Below are positions 57,147-64,000 of a stretch of 64,000 bases of DNA, one piece after another. The DNA is from a virus. The stretch lies in the IMG/VR virus record IMGVR_UViG_3300045256_000282, positions 64,001 through 128,000 of that record. One strand, 5' to 3'. The notes under the pieces are model-generated. The model searched no databases, had not been told where the DNA came from, and saw nothing but the letters and a program-made list of their open reading frames with translations. The translations under genes and the position numbers were made by a program. The first letter of the stretch is position 1, and each line of letters begins with the position of its first letter.

Positions 57147-57491
57147 ATGAGAATCATAAAACACATAAAAGATATAATTCAAAATAAGGCCCCAGCAGGA
57201 GCACTAAGATCTCCTAGGTGGCCCAAGGTTAGAGCTGAGCACTTATCAGCTAACCCTAAATGTGCAGTTTGCGAAAGTACGTCAGTTCTTGAAGTACATC
57301 ACATACGACCCTTTCACCAAGACCCTTCGTTAGAACTTGATCCTAAGAACCTCATAACGCTATGTGAGTCCAAGTCTAAGGGCGTAACTTGCCACCAATT
57401 CTTTGGTCACCTAGGCGATTATAAGAACGAGAATCCTAACGTGGTCAAAGACGCCAAATCTTGGAATAAGAAGCTTAAGAAAACTACTTGA
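57147..57491 (+). CDS. HNH endonuclease
   Basis: CAVC...EVHHI.P...NLITLCE...CH. Confidence 0.85.
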   Translation: MRIIKHIKDIIQNKAPAGALRSPRWPKVRAEHLSANPKCAVCESTSVLEVHHIRPFHQDPSLELDPKNLITLCESKSKGVTCHQFFGHLGDYKNENPNVVKDAKSWNKKLKKTT

Positions 57492-58479
57492 TCTTATCGT
57501 TTTTAAGGACGGTTTTCACCATAGCTCGAGTTGCAGCGTTGGTGTGAGCAAGGTTTATCCTGACGCTATCTCGATCATCTCCGCACACCTGTCCTGGCGT
57601 GGTTACGACCATGGAGCGATCAAGTAACTCCTTTAGCTTAGAATCAACCTCAAACAAGGCAAACATGCCCTTGTCAGGTATCGTCTGGTCTCCGAAGATC
57701 TTTGAAAGCTTCTCAACCTCAGTTCTGTTGCTATCTATGACCAGCTTTGACTTATCCCAGAAGGCTTCCATATCGACGCTGGTGAGGATCTCTTTAGCCA
57801 ACCACTGCGAAGGTAGGGAGATGCCGCAAGTGTCTAAGGTAGCCCATCTGGCAGCCCTGTCGTAGAGCCCCTGATCGTTAGTCGCAAGCCAACCGATCCT
57901 GATCCCGTTGATCCCGGTGAGTTTGCTCAAGCTTCCGGCCATAGCCTCATGCGGAGGGTATGGCGTGCAAAACTCCCTCGTACCTACGGTCCTAACTCCG
58001 TAAGTCGGAGAGTAGTATGCGGCATCCCAAACCCTTCTGCCGTCTGAAAAGCTAGAAGATACGACACCCTCAGGGTTACTAGGTGAATCTAGGATCTCAA
58101 GGTCATATGGAAAGTTCACCTTACTAGGGGTGTTAGAGGGAGAGTGAATTAGGCCGTGGTTCTGAGCGATACCGGGGTAAAAGGGAAAGTAAAGCTTTCT
58201 AGTGCTTACTCGGACAGTCTTTTCTTCTTTTTGAGCTGCTACGTACGCATTCAGCGCGTGAGTACACCCTTGAGTGATCAGGATGTGCTCGTAGTTCTTA
58301 CCAGTCAGTCTTCGTACGAGTGACCTAACTAAGATTACTAGTTCTTCTTCGCCTTCGTGCTTAGGATACCCGAAAGAGTCGATTGGCATCGGCTTAAGAA
58401 GGAGAGAAGGTGCTGTTTGAATAAGGGCTTCTCTGACTCCGTACGTGTCTCCCCATCCAAACTGGTGCTTTTTTTGCAT
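57484..58479 (-). CDS. PLP-dependent fold-type I aminotransferase/lyase
   Basis: SPSNPEG, DAAYY, SLSKLTGINGIRIGW (PLP lysine), C-terminal RIN. Confidence 0.85.
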   Translation of the reverse strand: MQKKHQFGWGDTYGVREALIQTAPSLLLKPMPIDSFGYPKHEGEEELVILVRSLVRRLTGKNYEHILITQGCTHALNAYVAAQKEEKTVRVSTRKLYFPFYPGIAQNHGLIHSPSNTPSKVNFPYDLEILDSPSNPEGVVSSSFSDGRRVWDAAYYSPTYGVRTVGTREFCTPYPPHEAMAGSLSKLTGINGIRIGWLATNDQGLYDRAARWATLDTCGISLPSQWLAKEILTSVDMEAFWDKSKLVIDSNRTEVEKLSKIFGDQTIPDKGMFALFEVDSKLKELLDRSMVVTTPGQVCGDDRDSVRINLAHTNAATRAMVKTVLKNDKIK

Positions 58480-58847
58480 GCTTCCTCCTCTATCTTCTTT
58501 CTTTCTGCTCGTCTAACGTCTACGCTCTTAGCAAACCTTGCCGCGATCTGCTCAAGATCTTTTGCTTGGTTGGCTAAAATTATCTTATCATTATCGGAAG
58601 CGTCTGACTCCATGATCTTCTTGTACATACCAGTAATCCCGTGGGCAAGGTACGCGCAAAGAGCAAACATGTCTGTTCCGGGGTCTAGGTTGATCCTAGA
58701 TTCAAGGGTTACCTCGTTCCTGATCCTAGCAGAAACTGATGGAGTCTTTTGACCGTAAGCATTTCGATCTTGTCTGGATAGGCGATCTACCGCATCTGAG
58801 TAAGATTCTCCATCCAACAAGTTATAAAGCCTATGCTCGTTACTCAT
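58338..58847 (-). CDS. Hypothetical protein
   Basis: ORF track; 3' end overlaps the aminotransferase gene. Confidence 0.6.
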   Translation of the reverse strand: MSNEHRLYNLLDGESYSDAVDRLSRQDRNAYGQKTPSVSARIRNEVTLESRINLDPGTDMFALCAYLAHGITGMYKKIMESDASDNDKIILANQAKDLEQIAARFAKSVDVRRAERKKIEEEACKKSTSLDGETRTESEKPLFKQHLLSFLSRCQSTLSGILSTKAKKN

Positions 58848-60064
58848 TTCTTGACCCTCTTATCCTTATCGTGCCTGTAAAGCTGCCTTTCCTTGATACT
58901 CTTCTGTAAATGCTCATCAAACCATAGCGGTCTAATGTTTTCTGCTCTTGCAGCTAGGGCCAACTCGTCGGGGTTCTTAAGATTAAAGGACGCAAGAGGT
59001 ATTACATGATCTAACTGCCACTTGCCCCTGCCGTTTCCCCAATTCTCCCATGTCATCTTTTGACCGGATATGGGGTCGTCGTAAAACTTAGACTCTATAT
59101 AGGTCTTAAAATCTTCGTAGGACATACCGATCAATTTTTTAGTGGTACTGTTTTTTTGAGCTTTCTTAGACTTTAAAGCCGAGCTTAGTCTGCTTCTGAG
59201 CAATAGGCTGATCTTGTAAACAAGATCTTCTTTATACCTTTCAGCCTGTCTTATGGATGCCTGCTTTTTAAGCTTATCTTTATTCTTTTTACGGTACTCT
59301 AACATGTAGGAGGCCCTAGCCTCCACTGTCTTTTCTCTCCAAAGCTTCTTTTCGGCCTTTCTCTTGCTTGATTTGTTTCTAATAGATGTACAATCTCTAC
59401 AAACATCCCCCGGCTTAACCTTACCGTTTTTTCTTTCGCAGAAGAATTTCAATGGCAATATTCTAGCGCAAGATCCGCAAAACGTCTCGCTATCAGGAAT
59501 AGGCGTCATCTTCCCGCTATAGATCTCGTACAGACTCTTGGTGACACGTTTATTTATGTGTAAGCCTAATCGAGATTCCCAAAGCCTGACGAGCTTTTTA
59601 GACAACTTGTAGTCTTGACCTTTTTCGGCCTCGATCTCAATGAACCGCTTGTTCTTAAAATTTTTACAGAATACGTCGTAGATTACAACAGAAACGGACC
59701 CCTCTTTGTCGGAAAGCCAAAAGATCTGGCAATCTTTATAAAGCCGAAAAGCTTTGTGATACCCCATCATGCGGATACCCTTAAGCACTCCCTTGATCGG
59801 AGTCCCTGTCAAATCCCAGTCGATCTCGTTTCTAAGGAACGCACTTCTGAGACCTAATCGTGTTTTGAACGTGATCTCTTCCTTGTCGGCGCTATGTCTC
59901 CACCTAAGTACGGATGGGACGGCTTTATGTTCATAATAAGTATCTGGACCCATGATCCGCAGCTTTTTCTTGGGTTTAAAAGAAGATACAAGTTCGCAAA
60001 AACGATCCCAGTCAACGTGGTCTGCCTTGTACTTTTGCTCAATTTCGAGGTAACGGGTGTCCAT
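58844..60064 (-). CDS. CYTH-domain protein fused to zinc finger and HNH endonuclease
   Basis: N-terminal EIEQKY, DTYY, LRWR, FIEIE (CYTH); CGSC...CRDC; WENWG...WQLDHVIPLASF...NIRPLW (HNH). Confidence 0.75.
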   Translation of the reverse strand: MDTRYLEIEQKYKADHVDWDRFCELVSSFKPKKKLRIMGPDTYYEHKAVPSVLRWRHSADKEEITFKTRLGLRSAFLRNEIDWDLTGTPIKGVLKGIRMMGYHKAFRLYKDCQIFWLSDKEGSVSVVIYDVFCKNFKNKRFIEIEAEKGQDYKLSKKLVRLWESRLGLHINKRVTKSLYEIYSGKMTPIPDSETFCGSCARILPLKFFCERKNGKVKPGDVCRDCTSIRNKSSKRKAEKKLWREKTVEARASYMLEYRKKNKDKLKKQASIRQAERYKEDLVYKISLLLRSRLSSALKSKKAQKNSTTKKLIGMSYEDFKTYIESKFYDDPISGQKMTWENWGNGRGKWQLDHVIPLASFNLKNPDELALAARAENIRPLWFDEHLQKSIKERQLYRHDKDKRVKK

Positions 60065-60209
60065 GGGTACTAGCCCTCCCTCGACAAAAATTCTGATATT
60101 TTTGCTTCTTCAGACATTCGAAACCTTCAGCTCTCTTTTGAGCCTCTTCCTGTCATAATCGCGCACGCTCTTGTGCCGACTTCTAGGAGGAGCTACGGGA
60201 ATGCGCGGT

Positions 60210-60827
60210 TTAATCTTCTTCAATTTCTTTTTCTTCGCCATATATACCGTCTGCCAAACCCAAATCTACCGCCTCTTGAGCTAGAAGAAGAGTGTCAAAA
60301 TCCAAAAGCTTATCTAGCTTCTTCTGCGAAAATCCGGGATCTTTTTCCTGAATCTTTTGAAGATAGATCTTGTTTAAAATAGAATCGTACCGTTTTCCAA
60401 ACTCTACCCAGCTACGGATCTTCTTAACATGACCTTCTTGCGCATCTGATCCGTGATGAATCATGACTACGGAGTACGGAGAAAGTAACCTTTCATCCCC
60501 TGCTTGCAAGATCAAGGAAGCCATGCTCATGACATACCCCGTAGCCTTAACCGTGACCTCGGATCGGCAAGAACGGATAGCGTCATAGATAGCCATTCCA
60601 TGAAAAACGTCTCCTCCGGGGTTGTTCAAGATGATCGTAATAGGCTCTTGAGATGCTGCGTCTAAAAGGTACAAGTTTTTAATCGCTCTCTCGGCCATCA
60701 AAAAATCCACGCCATTCTCACCATTCTCGTCACTACCTTCAGAGCCAATGTAGATCGTACGAGTAGGAACATGGATGCCGTAATCGTGCAACCTGTCGAC
60801 TTCATCCCTGGTAAATCTTTTGCTCAT
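60210..60827 (-). CDS. clpP: ClpP-like serine protease
   Basis: NNPGGDVFHGMAIYD, VMSMASLI (catalytic Ser), MIHH, AQEAVDLGLAD. Confidence 0.9.
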   Translation of the reverse strand: MSKRFTRDEVDRLHDYGIHVPTRTIYIGSEGSDENGENGVDFLMAERAIKNLYLLDAASQEPITIILNNPGGDVFHGMAIYDAIRSCRSEVTVKATGYVMSMASLILQAGDERLLSPYSVVMIHHGSDAQEGHVKKIRSWVEFGKRYDSILNKIYLQKIQEKDPGFSQKKLDKLLDFDTLLLAQEAVDLGLADGIYGEEKEIEED

Positions 60828-61714
60828 TCAAGTCCTGCCTTTTTTCGTCCGTTCTTTATACCGCTCTTGATAGCAACTATCCATTCGCTTCTCTTAAAAT
60901 CATACTCGCTTACGAAGTAAGCATCTAAAAACTCGATAGCGTCTTCAGCATAGTATCCGACCTTGCCAAACTCTGACCCTATCTTGAACCATTCTAGGTT
61001 ACGACCCTTACTCTTGTCAACCCCGCCTACCACCTTCTCCATAACCCACCCAGGTAGCTGTTTTGGCATAAGATTTCGATCTGCAATAAGCGCCCTCTTC
61101 TCGGAAGAATCACCGAAGCCCGTGGGCTTAAGGCCCTCGTATTGGCTTAGCCAGGCCGTAAGCTCTGCTACAGTAATCCTTGGTCTTAGGCTTACTAATT
61201 TCTGCTCCTTGCCGTTTCTTATAGCTCCTGGAAACCTGATGGATCTGGTAGGGTTTTTAGTTTTTTGGTCGGCCTTCTGCATCACGTTGAGTATCCAGTT
61301 TGCATAATAGTAGTACGTGTTATAGGAAGGTAGGGAGTCTTCAAGGCAGATGGCAAAGTGCAGGGACTTGTTACCAGAAAAAACGCAGGCCGAGTAGGGG
61401 AGGTTCATGACGCCCACGTAGGTCAACTGATCCTGCAAAGGCATGTCATCAACCTCTACCAGGAAGTTTCTAAAAGACGTGACGTTCTCATCTCTTCGAA
61501 AACCCTTAGTAGGGTTCAACGCCACAAGCTTAATCTCGGATGTGGATATGATCTTGTTCTCAACCTTGTCACTTGGAGAAACAAGCTCGATCGTTTCGTA
61601 GTCAAGATGGGTTAGCGGTACGCTGTGGTAGCCAAACTCATCGTGACTTACGCAGATCTCCTCACCTTCCCTAAACAACAGGTCGAGAAGCTGCCTTCCC
61701 GACTGTGCTATCAT
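60824..61714 (-). CDS. DNA primase (AEP/RepB-like)
   Basis: FLVEVD, FSGNKSLH, NPTRSIRFPG; adjacent to the helicase. Confidence 0.75.
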   Translation of the reverse strand: MIAQSGRQLLDLLFREGEEICVSHDEFGYHSVPLTHLDYETIELVSPSDKVENKIISTSEIKLVALNPTKGFRRDENVTSFRNFLVEVDDMPLQDQLTYVGVMNLPYSACVFSGNKSLHFAICLEDSLPSYNTYYYYANWILNVMQKADQKTKNPTRSIRFPGAIRNGKEQKLVSLRPRITVAELTAWLSQYEGLKPTGFGDSSEKRALIADRNLMPKQLPGWVMEKVVGGVDKSKGRNLEWFKIGSEFGKVGYYAEDAIEFLDAYFVSEYDFKRSEWIVAIKSGIKNGRKKAGLE

Positions 61715-62082
61715 ACGCTACCCTGATGACTCCCGCTAGCTTCTTGAGCGGCTCGCATAACTTCTTGTTCTCGTCTACGAGCTTCGATCTGAGCCTCTCG
61801 TTGTTTCTTTGCGTTCCTGAGCTGCTCGAGTAGTACGATAGGGTTGACCCGCTTATTCTCCATAAGATATAGGGGCTTCTTCACATCGTCATTAAGCATG
61901 ACTGGCTTACCGTCTTCTCCGGTTACAGGATAAAGATGACCCTTATTGACAAGCTTCTGCCACTTAGAAGAGCTTCCAAGAAAAAGCTTGCTAAGCTCTT
62001 TAATCTCCTGACGCTCAGCGTAAGTGAGAGGTCTTTCAAGATCTACGATTTCAGACTCAACGGACTTGTTTTCATTTTCCAT
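61711..62082 (-). CDS. Hypothetical protein
   Basis: ORF track. Confidence 0.65.
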   Translation of the reverse strand: MENENKSVESEIVDLERPLTYAERQEIKELSKLFLGSSSKWQKLVNKGHLYPVTGEDGKPVMLNDDVKKPLYLMENKRVNPIVLLEQLRNAKKQREAQIEARRREQEVMRAAQEASGSHQGSV

Positions 62083-63154
62083 TTATTGCATTCTCCACTT
62101 TTTTTGCGATACGATCCGCTTCTTTTTGTTTAGTCCATGCTACATATGGTGCGTGATCTAATTCCACATATAGCCCCTTATACCACCCTACCACAACTTC
62201 CTGGCTTGTCATATCCCCGCTACTCCAACGATTTTTATGGATGATGAATTTGGTCTGGTAAGTTTTCTTATCTGCGACCATCTCCATCGCACAAGTTACT
62301 GGAGTTATGATTCCTTTGAAACCTCTTAACCTATCCTCAAAAGACCTGTCCTCATCCCCGTTACTGTTGTGCAGTTGAGCCATCACGGTTATGGGGGAGC
62401 TTAGGTACCTGTTCTTAAAACCGTCCAGATACTGCATAACACTGCTAAGAATTTCCCAGGTTTTTGCGTTTGGGTTAAGCTTTGAAAAGGATATCTTTTG
62501 AACATAGTCGATGATGATCTGATCGTACTTCTGATTGTTCCTGATAACGCTCTCTAGCACGTTTTGGATACCTTCGACCGTTGTTGTTGTTCCCGACGTG
62601 GCGTAGCTTGAGTCCGATATTACGTTGATAAACTTGCTTAACTTTTCGATTCCTTCGTTTAGTACTCTTTTTTGCTCGTCAGTAAACTCGTTGTGGTTGG
62701 CATATGGCCAGCCTTTGATAAGGCAGGTTATCCTGTTGTAGACATCAGCGACTGCTTCTTCGTTTGTTATGATCAGGGTTTTTCCCCCTACCATTGCAGT
62801 ATGAAAGGCTATGTTAGAAACAAGTGTCGATTTACCGCCGTTGGTGTTTGCGGCTATCAGATTAATGTTTTTTCCAAAATTCGGTACGATCCCGTTAAAA
62901 GATTTTGTGATAAACTTCTTGCAGCTTTTAGCTGCTTCCATGTACTCTTCGTTTTCTTTGATGATCTTTCTTACGTACTCTTCCCGGTCGGACTCGATGT
63001 TGATGTTTTGTAGAGCTTCAACTTCTTCTTTGGACTTAACGTACCTCTGATAGTCTGCCTCTGTACGGAACCGATCAACAGCCTTCTTCTTTAAAAGAAG
63101 CTTACTTGTTTCTTCTGCTTCCTTTTGAAGGTTTAGTACGTCTTTGTTACTCAC
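62072..63154 (-). CDS. SF4 (DnaB-like) replicative helicase
   Basis: Walker A AANTNGGKS, TNEE, Walker B IIIDYVQ, MAQL, KNR. Confidence 0.8.
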   Translation of the reverse strand: MSNKDVLNLQKEAEETSKLLLKKKAVDRFRTEADYQRYVKSKEEVEALQNINIESDREEYVRKIIKENEEYMEAAKSCKKFITKSFNGIVPNFGKNINLIAANTNGGKSTLVSNIAFHTAMVGGKTLIITNEEAVADVYNRITCLIKGWPYANHNEFTDEQKRVLNEGIEKLSKFINVISDSSYATSGTTTTVEGIQNVLESVIRNNQKYDQIIIDYVQKISFSKLNPNAKTWEILSSVMQYLDGFKNRYLSSPITVMAQLHNSNGDEDRSFEDRLRGFKGIITPVTCAMEMVADKKTYQTKFIIHKNRWSSGDMTSQEVVVGWYKGLYVELDHAPYVAWTKQKEADRIAKKVENAINGK

Positions 63155-63599
63155 AAAAATCCTCGGGTACGCCTAGTAGTTTTACAAAATCTTTATCTAC
63201 TTCTGTTTCAATGATCATCGATTTGTTGATGAGGTCCGGGTTGACAGGATTCTTAATAAAATCGTCTTTTTCCTCCTTAGGCTTAGACTCTACCCTAACA
63301 GCTATCGTAGAAGGAAAAACTTCTGCCGATGCCTTATTCCATGCAATTTCTATCTGATCTAGCCACCATTCCTTCTTCTTAGGATTCGCGCTAGATTGCC
63401 ATTTACAAAGCCTCTTTATCTTGTTTGCGTAAACGATCCCGATATCTTCAAAAGTATATCCGGCGTCTTTAATAGAGGTGAACAGCGCGGCAAGTTTAAG
63501 ATCTAAGTCTTCCAGCCCGACGTTATTGTACTTAGGATTTATGTTCATCCTAAACCACTCGTCGATTAGAAAATCTATAGAAGGTATTTCTCTGTTCAT
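63147..63599 (-). CDS. Hypothetical protein
   Basis: ORF track. Confidence 0.65.
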   Translation of the reverse strand: MNREIPSIDFLIDEWFRMNINPKYNNVGLEDLDLKLAALFTSIKDAGYTFEDIGIVYANKIKRLCKWQSSANPKKKEWWLDQIEIAWNKASAEVFPSTIAVRVESKPKEEKDDFIKNPVNPDLINKSMIIETEVDKDFVKLLGVPEDFCE

Positions 63600-64000
63600 A
63601 GCTCTTGACTTGAGTTTAGCTTACCAAGTATGCGTCTGGCAAGTTCCAATTCCTTGTTCATTCCTTTGCTAGATAGGATCTTCTCCACCCTTTTTAGCAT
63701 CTTGATCTTGAGCTTCTTAGGGGCTTTCTCATACCTGTCAAGAAGCCTTTCCATCCTATACCTCTTTAAAAGCTCAAACTGCTCCTCCTGCGGGGGCACC
63801 TTATCTATCTGATTAAATACGGATAAGCTCTCATAGTTTTCGTAATCCTCAATCCAAACTGGGGCTGTTTGGCTGCTGACATATCGATACTTGATGTCGC
63901 CAACTGAAAACTTGCCTTTTTCTGGATACCGACCTAACTTTCTCTTAATCTCATTGTACTGAGATGGCGGTACCCTTCGGTATCCGTACCTATGAGGAGA
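63596..64000 (-). CDS. Hypothetical protein, partial (starts beyond the right edge)
   Basis: Frame of ORF 63596..63799 stays open to 64000. Confidence 0.65.
   Translation of the reverse strand, partial: SPHRYGYRRVPPSQYNEIKRKLGRYPEKGKFSVGDIKYRYVSSQTAPVWIEDYENYESLSVFNQIDKVPPQEEQFELLKRYRMERLLDRYEKAPKKLKIKMLKRVEKILSSKGMNKELELARRILGKLNSSQEL

Noticed and set aside
57147-57491. HNH gene as part of a novel system
   Set aside because: Small stand-alone HNH genes are commonplace in phages and nothing links this one to its neighbours
1-64000. Genome-wide TGA (or TAG) stop-codon recoding
   Set aside because: Genes are intact under code 11 and many end in TGA with ATGA overlaps; only one in-frame TGA was found; no suppressor tRNA
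1-64000. Apparent abundance of GATC with scarcity of GGATCC (restriction-site avoidance)
   Set aside because: Impression from reading only; it needs a k-mer observed/expected count, which I cannot run

Overview
Part of a large tailed dsDNA phage genome with a contractile (myovirus-type) tail. The host is inferred to be Gram-negative, from the lipoproteins and the PagL-like outer-membrane enzyme; a Bdellovibrionota-like host is only an impression. There are three blocks. (1) 1-20.8 kb, minus strand: early/accessory genes driven by several sigma70-type promoters. They include a T4 Rnl1-type RNA ligase, two metallophosphoesterases, ThyX, dUTPase, DUF932, an Rrf2 regulator, a stand-alone sigma70 region-4 protein, a PagL-like lipid A deacylase, a PA14 lipoprotein, and an atypical initiator-like tRNA-Met flanked by two unannotated structured RNAs. 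(2) 20.9-57.5 kb, plus strand: late tail module with tape measure, hub, spike, wedge, a 2183-aa baseplate J and three paralogous multi-jelly-roll fibres, preceded repeatedly by a SAATCTT(T/G)A motif. (3) 57.5-64 kb, minus strand: PLP aminotransferase, CYTH-HNH fusion, ClpP, primase and SF4 helicase. No capsid, terminase, sheath, integrase, reverse transcriptase or CRISPR array is visible. The best candidates for something undescribed are the ncRNA-tRNA-ncRNA triad (12601-12877), the envelope-remodelling gene set, the fibre paralogs with conserved DNA anchors, and two genes broken by a poly-C slip or an in-frame TGA. All product calls come from motif recognition by eye, not database searches.
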